From: Escherichia phage vB_EcoS_Zar3M
Strand: one strand, 5' to 3'
Length of the DNA: 45,901 nt
Sequence record: NC_073065.1
Within the stretch, counting starts at the first letter, position 1, and every line of letters starts with the position of its first letter. Under the pieces are notes generated by a model. That model was not told where the DNA came from. It saw only the letters and a program-made list of their open reading frames with translations, and searched no databases. Shown here in pieces: positions 9,549-17,218 of this stretch. A program made the position numbers and the translations under genes.

Positions 9549-9870
9549 ATACGCGGCGATCGGACTGGTTATAGGTCTGGCAGTTGGATTCTGGCAGGGT
9601 GATTCCTACCGCGCAGGCGTAGTGGNGGNGGNGGCGCAANAAGNGCAAGCCCAANCCCAACGGCAGCAAANTAAAGTTGTGGAGCGCTCCGTGCAGGCCG
9701 AACAGGCCCGCGACGTGGAATACCGGACTATCACGAAAGAGGTTGTTAAATATGTTACGCGCCCTAACCGCCCTGATTGTAGTTTTGATGCTGAGCGCGT
9801 GCGGATCAAGCAGCGTGCCGTTGATGCCGCTAACGGAGTCGGCACTGCGACCGCCGTGCAAGTTCGATAA
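9541..9870 (+). CDS. i-spanin (Rz-like)
   Basis: GTG start after ACAGGGGG; N-terminal TM (IKYAAIGLVIGLAVGFW) followed by charged coiled-coil-like periplasmic region; contains an embedded +1-frame lipoprotein gene. Confidence 0.55.
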   Translation: MIKYAAIGLVIGLAVGFWQGDSYRAGVVXXXAQXXQAQXQRQQXKVVERSVQAEQARDVEYRTITKEVVKYVTRPNRPDCSFDAERVRIKQRAVDAANGVGTATAVQVR

Positions 9871-9982
9871 CCCGTCTGCGGACCCCGACGAAGATTTGAT
9901 GATTGACGTGAAAAATATGGAATGCGGGGCGAAGCTGAGGGCGCAAGTGCTGGATTTGCAGAAAATAATTCTGGGGCCGTGA
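9752..9982 (+). CDS. o-spanin (Rz1-like outer-membrane lipoprotein)
   Basis: ATG inside Rz in another frame; signal peptide plus lipobox LSAC (MLRALTALIVVLMLSACGSS), Pro-rich mature part; extends past Rz stop. Confidence 0.55.
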   Translation: MLRALTALIVVLMLSACGSSSVPLMPLTESALRPPCKFDNPSADPDEDLMIDVKNMECGAKLRAQVLDLQKIILGP

Positions 9983-9997
9983 TGGCCCCCTTTTATT
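9974..9997. terminator. bidirectional intrinsic terminator
   Basis: GGGGCC-GTGAT-GGCCCC followed by TTTTATT on + strand and AT-rich tail on - strand; lies between convergent Rz1 (+) and 9996..10760 (-). Confidence 0.6.
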
Positions 9998-10760
9998 AGC
10001 GCGGAATACCGCAGATTTCGTTTAACGTCTTCACGTCCAGCGCCACCGCCGTGGACTTCGGCTTATCCGGGTATGGAATAAACTGTTCAACTTCAGGCCA
10101 CGCCTTGATCAGCTTCTTATCGGTATTGTGCATATCAAGCACGCCGGTAACGGTTAGTTTGAACGCGTCATACTTAGCACGCAACTCACGTCGGGCATTG
10201 TCGTTACGGTCCAGGCGCTTGCAGAAATCATGATCCGCCGGGAAATCCGCACGACAGCGCGGCTTATAGATCGGCAGCGCTTTCCCATCCTCGTCCACTT
10301 CGCACACAGAAGCCAGCATTACTTCTTCGAACCCAGGTACAATATCGCCGAGATCGGGAGATAGCTTATTCATGTATTTATATTCCCAGTATCCGCGATG
10401 TACTCGGTATTGTCGTCCGTCACCGCTCAATGACAGTGTGCGCACATTTCCGCCTGCGTTGATTTCGAAAGTGGCGTCGTAAACGCTGCCGATGCCTTTT
10501 GGGCGGTCAGCGTTATAACTATACGTCGCCTTGTTGGTGTATACGCTTACTCCGTACATCTGCGACGGGTCGTCGCCGATTGCTTTAATGCGCGCGAGTA
10601 GCTCGGCGAAAGTGCGAATGCCTTCCGGCATACAGTCCAGCGTAATGGCGTACGCCAGGTCGCGCGAGTCCATCATGATGGATTTGGCTTCGGTCGCGAT
10701 TTCATGGTCGCGCAGGATGTTAGCCAGGATCAGGTTTTTAATGTCTTTTGTCAGTCTCAT
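9996..10760 (-). CDS. hypothetical protein (254 aa), reverse-strand moron gene
   Basis: Intact ORF on opposite strand inside late structural operon; protein-like composition; no motif I can name. Confidence 0.5.
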   Translation of the reverse strand: MRLTKDIKNLILANILRDHEIATEAKSIMMDSRDLAYAITLDCMPEGIRTFAELLARIKAIGDDPSQMYGVSVYTNKATYSYNADRPKGIGSVYDATFEINAGGNVRTLSLSGDGRQYRVHRGYWEYKYMNKLSPDLGDIVPGFEEVMLASVCEVDEDGKALPIYKPRCRADFPADHDFCKRLDRNDNARRELRAKYDAFKLTVTGVLDMHNTDKKLIKAWPEVEQFIPYPDKPKSTAVALDVKTLNEICGIPR

Positions 10761-10803
10761 TTTTGTGTCCTCGTTGTTGGGGCTTTCGCCCCGTTTGGTT
10801 TAG

Positions 10804-11211
10804 TTAAAGTGCTTCTAGAATCTCGTAAAACTTATTTGCCAGCGCTTGGCGGCGTTCGAATTTTTCAGTGATAACCAATTCCGGGCGGTTAAATAGCTTT
10901 GCGTGGGTGTTCCAATTGAGGATTTCCGTTTCCATTATTTTCTTCCGGTTGTAGTCGGTGTTTTTGATGCTAAATTCCTTGATAGCGTCATTAAGAAAAT
11001 CAGTCATACACTCAACGTCTGTTCTCTTAACTTCGAACGTACGGGCCTCGATTGGGCTATTTGTGCGAAGTACGACGACTCCGCCGTGGTAGGTGTCGAC
11101 TACCATATACTTATAAGTCACCCCATCCCACTCCGGATCGAAAGGGCGCCCAAATACGTCGTCGGCTTTCCACACTTTCTGGTACGGTGTTTCTTTGATT
11201 AATGTTGGCAT
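10804..11211 (-). CDS. hypothetical protein (135 aa), reverse-strand moron gene
   Basis: Intact ORF with ATG at 11211 preceded by AAGGAAAAACAAAATG; upstream promoter-like element containing ATTGGTTGCAC-TATATT. Confidence 0.5.
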   Translation of the reverse strand: MPTLIKETPYQKVWKADDVFGRPFDPEWDGVTYKYMVVDTYHGGVVVLRTNSPIEARTFEVKRTDVECMTDFLNDAIKEFSIKNTDYNRKKIMETEILNWNTHAKLFNRPELVITEKFERRQALANKFYEILEAL

Positions 11212-11212
11212 T

Positions 11213-11300
11213 TTGTTTTTCCTTCATGTCTCTGTTGGTGTGCAACCAATATAGTGCAACCAATACGCGGATTGCAAGCGAATTTTGCGATTATTTTTAT
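11213..11300 (-). promoter_or_regulatory. promoter-like element with tandem ATTGGTTGCAC motifs and conserved 40-bp box
   Basis: On - strand reads CTTGCAA-N8-ATTGGTTGCAC-TATATT-ATTGGTTGCACACC; shares ATAGTGCAACCAAT and TGCAAG(C/T)GAATTTTGC with 30281-30320. Confidence 0.4.
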
Positions 11301-11367
11301 CGCTGATAATATTAGAAGCGTGAAGTCGAGCGGGTGGCCTGCTCTGCCACAATCCCAGGGGGATAGC

Positions 11368-12072
11368 ATGAAACTTACTAAAGCAGAATATGACGCGTTG
11401 CCGGAAGGTATGAAGGCGCTTTTTGTTGCCGATGGCGACGGGTATAAATCAACGTTCATGACCGCAGAAGAAGTACAGGCGGAAATCAAGGGTCTGAAAG
11501 ACAACAACGCTAAGCTGGTGAGCGAGAAGAAAGCANAAGCNGAACCCCNCCCNNAAGGGGNGNGCCTNGNNAAANANAAANAGGAAGCCNCCNCNCNCAA
11601 AAACGGNGACCTCGAAGCGATCGATAAGTCCTGGAAGGATAAGTTTGCGAAACACGAAGCAGATACATCGGGAAAAATCGAAGCCTACCGCAAGCAGATC
11701 CACGACCTAACCATCGGCAGCGCTGCCAAAGACCTGGCATCGAAGCTATTCGGTAAGAATGCGGGAATAATGCAACGTCACGTTATGGATCGCCTCACTC
11801 TGGAGGACGGCGAAGACGGCAGCTTGAAAGTGCGTGTCTTGCAGGATGGCAAACCGTCCGCGCTGACTATGGAAGAGCTTGAAAAAGAGTTCCGTAATAA
11901 CGCCGATTTTGCATCCGTTCTGGCTGGCACGCCAGCCGGTGGCGCGCCTAGCAAACCGACGCAGGTTGTCGAAGATGTGAAGTCGAAAATCACTATGGGC
12001 CATAGCTTCGGTATCACTGACCTTACGAAACAGGCGGGGGATATCATCGCGAAGATGGGCGACGACGAGTAA
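11368..12072 (+). CDS. scaffolding protein (putative)
   Basis: ATG at 11368 with GGGGGA RBS; charged, helical, low-complexity protein immediately upstream of major capsid gene. Confidence 0.55.
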   Translation: MKLTKAEYDALPEGMKALFVADGDGYKSTFMTAEEVQAEIKGLKDNNAKLVSEKKAXXEPXXXGXXXXKXKXEAXXXKNXDLEAIDKSWKDKFAKHEADTSGKIEAYRKQIHDLTIGSAAKDLASKLFGKNAGIMQRHVMDRLTLEDGEDGSLKVRVLQDGKPSALTMEELEKEFRNNADFASVLAGTPAGGAPSKPTQVVEDVKSKITMGHSFGITDLTKQAGDIIAKMGDDE

Positions 12073-12076
12073 GCAG

Positions 12077-12104
12077 ATCGCCCGCGAAAGCGGGCGATTT
12101 TGCT
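12077..12104 (+). terminator. intrinsic terminator after scaffold gene
   Basis: ATCGCCCGC-GAAA-GCGGGCGAT followed by TTTTGCT. Confidence 0.5.
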
Positions 12105-12169
12105 AGCGCGGAAATCTAAGGTAACATTAACGTCACTGGGCGAATGCTCACAACTCAAAGGATTTCGAT

Positions 12170-13270
12170 ATGTCTTTAACAGTGTTCCAGCGTAAACTCG
12201 TTACCGCGGTTACGCAAATGATCCCCGACAACCTGAACGTTTTCAACNCCNCCNCCAANGGCGCTGTTGTTCTCGGTACTGGTGAAGTGCTGAAGGATGT
12301 TATTGAGAAAATGTCCGTAGGCTTGATCGCCAACCTCGTTACCGACCGTAACGCCTACGCCCCTGTCGGCACTCCGGCAACCGCGAAAGTGCTGGCGCGT
12401 ATGCTGACCAACTCGGTTAACCTGTCCGCGAAAGTGGGTCCGGTGGCAATCACTAAGGCTATGATGGCTAAGATCGAAACCAACGTTAACAGCGTTGCGG
12501 CTGAGATTGCGGCACAGGCTACTCAAGCGATTATGCTGCACTACCTAAAAGCGGGTATCGGTGCGGGTAAAGCGGCGATCGAAAGCAACGCAGCAGCAAA
12601 ATACACCCAACCGGCGCGCGTNGATGGCGTTGGCGGTCGTACCTTCCCGACCCTGGCAGACTTCCCGCTGGCGGCTTCTAAGTTCGGCGATCAGGCGTCT
12701 TTGATTAAGTCCTGGTTTATGGACGGCGTTACCTGGGCAAACTTCATTGCGTACCAGGCGCTCCCTTCCGCTGAACAGGTATTCGCAATTGGCGATCTCC
12801 AGGTAATGGGCGATGGCCTGGGCCGTCGCTTCATTATCTCCGATGCCGCTGCCGATGCTATGGGTGCTGGTAACATGCTGGGTCTGGTCCCTGGCGCGGT
12901 TGCAGTCACCACCAACGGCCTCGATATGCTGGCGCAGGAGAAAGGCGGTAACGAGAACATCGAACGCTGGTGGCAGGGCGAGTTCGACTTCAACGTGGCT
13001 GTTAAAGGCTACCGTCTGAAGGCGTCCGCTCGTACCCCGATCGAAGGCGTCCGCTCGTTCAAGCTGGACGATATCACCACTTCCGCTAACTGGGAACTGG
13101 ACCAGGGCCAGGTAGACAACGCACCGGCAACCGTTCAGGATGTTGGCGCTGTTGGTGATGGCGATACTAAAGGCCGTCGTAAGACCCAGGCCGCACAGGC
13201 AGTGCCTACCCGTCACATCAAGGAAACCGCTGGCGTACTGGTTACGCTGACGGCGACCACAGCGTCCTGA
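12170..13270 (+). CDS. major capsid protein
   Basis: 366-aa Ala/Gly/Val-rich protein with strong RBS, followed by a strong terminator; position after scaffold. Confidence 0.75.
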   Translation: MSLTVFQRKLVTAVTQMIPDNLNVFNXXXXGAVVLGTGEVLKDVIEKMSVGLIANLVTDRNAYAPVGTPATAKVLARMLTNSVNLSAKVGPVAITKAMMAKIETNVNSVAAEIAAQATQAIMLHYLKAGIGAGKAAIESNAAAKYTQPARXDGVGGRTFPTLADFPLAASKFGDQASLIKSWFMDGVTWANFIAYQALPSAEQVFAIGDLQVMGDGLGRRFIISDAAADAMGAGNMLGLVPGAVAVTTNGLDMLAQEKGGNENIERWWQGEFDFNVAVKGYRLKASARTPIEGVRSFKLDDITTSANWELDQGQVDNAPATVQDVGAVGDGDTKGRRKTQAAQAVPTRHIKETAGVLVTLTATTAS

Positions 13271-13288
13271 TCTACGCACATCCCAAAT

Positions 13289-13314
13289 GGGCGGGCTTAT
13301 GCCCGCCTTTTTTA
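13289..13314 (+). terminator. intrinsic terminator after major capsid gene
   Basis: GGGCGGGC-TTAT-GCCCGCC followed by TTTTTTA. Confidence 0.6.
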
Positions 13315-13328
13315 TAGGAGCAAATAAG

Positions 13329-13829
13329 ATGTATGGCGACCCGCAAACCTTTGTTGTTTATGCCGCTGCGCGAGGCGTTGAAATTACGCTAGGCGACGCA
13401 ACGCGACACCTTACCATTGTTAATGACTTCCTTAACGGCANCNNCNGGANCGGNGAACAAGCGGACCCGACCGGAATTGACGCATGGCCCCGCGTCAACT
13501 ACCCGTCAGACGGTAAGCCGGTGCAAAACACGCTTACTGAAGATTTGGCAGTAGTTCCCGCTGGGCAAATCGTAGACTTTGCATCAATCCCCGTTGCCGT
13601 TGAGCAAGCTGTTTACCGGCTGGCGATGTTGGTGGCGGATGAGATCGATATTTCTCCGGTCGGCGATGGTAAAGAGACTATTCGCGAAACGGTCGGCCCG
13701 ATCACGATGGAATATGACCCGGCGTCGATTGGTAGCGGGGTGTCATTCCCATGGTGGGATGGCTTGTTAGGCCACTGGGTTGATTCAGGCGGCAACGCAG
13801 CGGGTAATTTTGACGTATACAGGGGGTAA
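13329..13829 (+). CDS. head-tail connector/adaptor protein (putative)
   Basis: ATG at 13329 preceded by AGGAG; position between capsid and tail genes; assignment by synteny only. Confidence 0.4.
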   Translation: MYGDPQTFVVYAAARGVEITLGDATRHLTIVNDFLNGXXXXXEQADPTGIDAWPRVNYPSDGKPVQNTLTEDLAVVPAGQIVDFASIPVAVEQAVYRLAMLVADEIDISPVGDGKETIRETVGPITMEYDPASIGSGVSFPWWDGLLGHWVDSGGNAAGNFDVYRG

Positions 13830-13830
13830 T

Positions 13831-13956
13831 ATGAATCCTGCATTACTCGCAGCTATTATCGCTGCAAATACTAAACAGCCGACGGAACAACCAGTACCAC
13901 CGGAGCCAGAACCAGTACCACCGGCACAGGAGAGCGAAGAAGATGGCAGGCTTTAA
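13831..13956 (+). CDS. small Pro/Glu-rich hypothetical protein (41 aa)
   Basis: Unlisted ORF with AGGGGG RBS, overlaps start of next gene. Confidence 0.25.
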   Translation: MNPALLAAIIAANTKQPTEQPVPPEPEPVPPAQESEEDGRL

Positions 13957-14296
13957 TTACGCAGGATTAAAGCGGAAAGTGAATCCGCTGATTAAAAAAT
14001 TCGGCATGACCGTTACGGTTACGCGTCCGGGATCGGTTGACCGTGTAGACGGCGACGAAGTGGTGATCCCGCCAACGTCGTTTGACGTCATCGGTCTTCG
14101 CGAGGAGTACAAGCCGAGCGAGATCGACGGAACGCGTATCGTTGCCGGTGATGTGAAGTTTTTATGTCGGGCGGTTGAGCAATTGCGGGTGGGCGACCTG
14201 GTTAACCTGAACGGCACTGACTACCGGGTCGTCAACCCAAACCCACTGCAACCGGCTGGCACTACCATGCTGTTTCAACTACAGCTAAGGGGCTAA
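13943..14296 (+). CDS. head-tail joining protein (putative)
   Basis: 117 aa, position in neck module; synteny-based. Confidence 0.45.
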   Translation: MAGFNYAGLKRKVNPLIKKFGMTVTVTRPGSVDRVDGDEVVIPPTSFDVIGLREEYKPSEIDGTRIVAGDVKFLCRAVEQLRVGDLVNLNGTDYRVVNPNPLQPAGTTMLFQLQLRG

Positions 14297-14297
14297 C

Positions 14298-14891
14298 ATG
14301 GCTGAAGTCTACTCATTCGCCGCCACTATTGCTACGTGGGTGGATAAGACGAAGGAGAACAACGATAAGGCGGTGCGGGCGTACGGGATGCAAATACTCG
14401 GACGCCTTATTGAGATCTCCCCGGTGGGCGACCCTCGCCGGTGGAAGATTAACAAGGATTATGCAANGGCCCNCCAGCACGCGAANAAGGTGAACNCCGC
14501 ACAGCNCCNCAAGAATGGNGGCAAACTGAAGCGCGGGCAGAAGAAGCNCGCCAGTGTGCTCATCTCATTCAAGACTAAAAACGGCAACGTCACGTTCCGA
14601 CAGCGTGGCTGGGCTGCGAAGAATTACACCGGCGGACGCTTCCGGGGAAACTGGCAGGTTACGTTCGACAGCCCGGCTGTCGGCGCTATTGACCGCGTGG
14701 ACAAGGCCGGAACGGCAACATTAGCCGCGGGGCGTGAAGTGCTGGCGCATTACGATTCCGGGGAATACGGGTCGATCTGGTTTACTAACAATGTGCCGTA
14801 TGCGCAGCGACTTGAGTATGGCTGGAGTAAACAAGCGCCTGCGGGGATTGTTCGCGTCGTAGCGGCAGAAATTAATTCGAAGGTGAAATGA
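14298..14891 (+). CDS. neck/tail completion protein (putative)
   Basis: 197 aa in head-tail joining module; coupled to next gene by ATGATG overlap. Confidence 0.45.
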   Translation: MAEVYSFAATIATWVDKTKENNDKAVRAYGMQILGRLIEISPVGDPRRWKINKDYAXAXQHAXKVNXAQXXKNXGKLKRGQKKXASVLISFKTKNGNVTFRQRGWAAKNYTGGRFRGNWQVTFDSPAVGAIDRVDKAGTATLAAGREVLAHYDSGEYGSIWFTNNVPYAQRLEYGWSKQAPAGIVRVVAAEINSKVK

Positions 14892-15313
14892 TGAGCAATA
14901 CTCTAATCCGCAAGGCGCTTAACAGCGTTGTAGAAGAATTATCGGTAAGCCTGAGCACTAACCAGCGCCCGATAAAGGTTAACTGGGAGAACGTGAGNGG
15001 CGNCCACNCCAACGGCAGCGGTGTCTACCTGGAACCGTACCTGCTTCCGGCCCCGACCCAGTTTGTGGGCTTCCAGCAGAAGGGCCGGGTCTATGCTGGC
15101 GTTTATCAGGTTGCCGTCGTGTTCCCAGCGGGAACTGGAACACAGTACGCTAGCGAACTGGCGGACGCTATCGCGACGTCGGATAAGTGGCTGGAGGTAA
15201 AGATTTCCGGCGCTGCATTCCAGCTTCAGGACGCGCCCTATACCAGTTCAGTGGTTGAGGATGTTGATCGTGCCCGCATCGTGGTCACAGTCCCCTACAC
15301 CTGTTGCGCCTGA
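14888..15313 (+). CDS. tail terminator-like protein (putative)
   Basis: 141 aa immediately upstream of major tail protein; synteny-based. Confidence 0.45.
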   Translation: MMSNTLIRKALNSVVEELSVSLSTNQRPIKVNWENVXGXHXNGSGVYLEPYLLPAPTQFVGFQQKGRVYAGVYQVAVVFPAGTGTQYASELADAIATSDKWLEVKISGAAFQLQDAPYTSSVVEDVDRARIVVTVPYTCCA

Positions 15314-15373
15314 TTTGGCGCAATTCTATGCGTGCGGTATCATTAATCCGTATATCTAAACAGGAGCGTCATT

Positions 15374-16099
15374 ATGGGTTATCAACTTCCTAACGGGTCC
15401 AGCGTCCAGATTGGGTCCGTACTGGGCAGCGGCATCGCTGTTACGGCAGCTACCAACGCCGCCGCGTCTATCTCTGACCTTACGAAAGGTTGCGTTATCA
15501 CCTGCGCGGCGTCTCATGGCCTGAAAGTTGGCGACGTGGTAATGTTCACTAAAACNCCGTGGGNCCGNGCGCTGAACCNCGCGTTCNTNGNGGGNAAAGN
15601 GGCTACCAACNACGTTNCGCTGGNGCGCTTCGACACCTCGGACGNGACCAAGTATCCTACTGGNGCGTTTGGGGNNGGCNCTTCGGGNGAAGTGGTGAAG
15701 GTGTCGAGCTTTATCGACTTCCCTTTCATTACTAACGTTGCCGTATCCGGTGGTGATCAGCAGACGACCACCTTCCAGCCGTTACAGGTGAACACCGCAA
15801 TCAGTCTGAACACCACGAAAAACCCGTTTGTTCAGACTTACACCTTCNCCCNCGACGAANAANACCCNATCCGCCCAANCCTGGAANACCNGGACGGCAC
15901 ACANAAAACCNCTGTGATTAAGTTCNCNAACCCGGCNGCGGNAAGNGGCAAAGGNGAGATCCGTATTTACCCGGNGAAGGTATCTTTCCAGAAGATTCCG
16001 TCCGCTGAAGTAAACAACGTGGAAACGGTACAAGCCACCCTGACCATGCAGTCTGATATGGTTATCTACCGTAAGGATCTGGTCGAGGCATTGTCTTGA
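15374..16099 (+). CDS. major tail (tube) protein
   Basis: 241-aa Ser/Thr/Val-rich beta-type protein, strong RBS, followed by terminator and G/GT chaperone genes. Confidence 0.7.
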   Translation: MGYQLPNGSSVQIGSVLGSGIAVTAATNAAASISDLTKGCVITCAASHGLKVGDVVMFTKXPWXXALNXAFXXXKXATNXVXLXRFDTSDXTKYPTXAFGXGXSXEVVKVSSFIDFPFITNVAVSGGDQQTTTFQPLQVNTAISLNTTKNPFVQTYTFXXDEXXXIRPXLEXXDGTXKTXVIKFXNPXAXXGKXEIRIYPXKVSFQKIPSAEVNNVETVQATLTMQSDMVIYRKDLVEALS

Positions 16100-16129
16100 T
16101 TTGGTCGCTTAAGTAGCGAGTGATAATAT

Positions 16130-16154
16130 GGGGCCAGCACGGCCCCTTTTTATT
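16130..16154 (+). terminator. intrinsic terminator after major tail gene
   Basis: GGGGCC-AGCAC-GGCCCC followed by TTTTTATT. Confidence 0.6.
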
Positions 16155-16167
16155 GGAGAATACCACA

Positions 16168-16530
16168 ATGGCTAAAGCACCNCTCTTCACACTTNNCCCN
16201 AANCCAACCTTTAAGCNGCCGNTTGNGANCCCNCNCCCNGGNGAGAANNAACCCGGNAANATNACTTTTACCGNCCGCCACCGCCCGATCGACGAGTTTT
16301 CGCAGACCATGCAGGACACTGAACGAAAGCTATCGGAATATGACGACAATGACCCGGACGGCTTTAACGTTATGGTCGAGGCCATCATGCACGTCGCAGA
16401 AGGCTGGAATCTGCCGGACGAATTTAACGCGGAGAACGTCCGCCGCCTGGTGGTCAACTATCCACGCGCGTTCGGTGTGTTCCACACGNCGTACTATCTC
16501 GAACTGANGGGGTTGNGNGAAAAAAATTAA
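16168..16530 (+). CDS. tail assembly chaperone G
   Basis: Position between major tail and tape measure genes; ends in A-rich slippery run GAAAAAAATTAA (16519-16530). Confidence 0.6.
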   Translation: MAKAXLFTLXXXPTFKXPXXXXXXXEXXPXXXTFTXRHRPIDEFSQTMQDTERKLSEYDDNDPDGFNVMVEAIMHVAEGWNLPDEFNAENVRRLVVNYPRAFGVFHTXYYLELXGLXEKN

Positions 16531-16844
16531 TTGNGGNGGNGCGACNCTTTTNTGGCCCNCCNCCNCCCNCCNAANATTTAGCCNCAAGTTTNTGGGGNGN
16601 GGCCCCCGAAGATGTTTGTCCNCCTGTTGCACTATGGCCCGACAACGCGAAGATAGTCGCAGTCTTCACAGATTGCTCCACGCAATGGCGCACCGGATTT
16701 GGTGGCGCATACGGCATCGACTACGGCATGCTGGAGTGGTTATTTAAGATGCACGGTATCGAAAACGAGCAGCGCGCGTTTAAAGATATCAAGCTGATGG
16801 AACGAATCGCGCTTGATGAGATGGCGCAGCAGAACCCAGCATAG
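16168..16844 (+). CDS. tail assembly chaperone GT (predicted -1 frameshift fusion product)
   Basis: Slippery A_AAA_AAT at 16521-16527; the -1 frame reads ...EDVCPPVALWPDNAKIVAVFTDCSTQWRTGFGGAYGIDYGMLEWLFKMHG... (gpT-like motif) to TAG at 16842-16844; segment is heavily n-masked. Confidence 0.5.
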
Positions 16845-16846
16845 TG

Positions 16847-17160
16847 AAGNGGGACGTCTCCCTTTTTCCCGCCCTNCAAAACTNCATACCTNCTCAATTC
16901 CNCTGCATAAACNCAAAACGGGNCAGGNGGGNCNNCCCNCTTTNTCCCNCCCCNCAAATGCGCATACCTATGCAGTTTTAATGCATAAAGTAAGCGGGAC
17001 AGAAAGCGGGACAGAAAANNGGGGGGAAAAAGNGGGANAGCACCCCGTCCCCGCCAGTGCTGCCGCGGTTTTCAGCCGATCGGGACAGGCGGGACAACCC
17101 CCAGTNTTTCANACTAGACGGGGGTCAACGGCCCCCCTCGTNTGAGACTGAANAAGGTTT
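16847..17160. repeat. iteron-rich non-coding element, copy A (GCGGGACA octamers plus conserved stem-loop)
   Basis: At least 5 direct GCGGGACA-type boxes (16994, 17006, 17032 masked, 17080 variant, 17089), inverted CGTCCCCGC, stem-loop AGACGGGGG...CCCCCCTCGT flanked by CAGTCT/AGACTG; about 35 bp nearly identical to 45620-45655. Confidence 0.6.
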
Positions 17161-17218
17161 GTTTTAAAATCGCTGATACAATATCCATCGGCAACTGCAT
17201 AAAAAAGGGGACTGCATA

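Noticed and set aside
16847-17160. GCGGGACA repeat clusters considered as a CRISPR array
   Set aside because: Units are 8 bp with irregular 9-16 bp spacing, occur in both orientations and have no unique spacers or adjacent cas genes; they look like protein-binding iterons.
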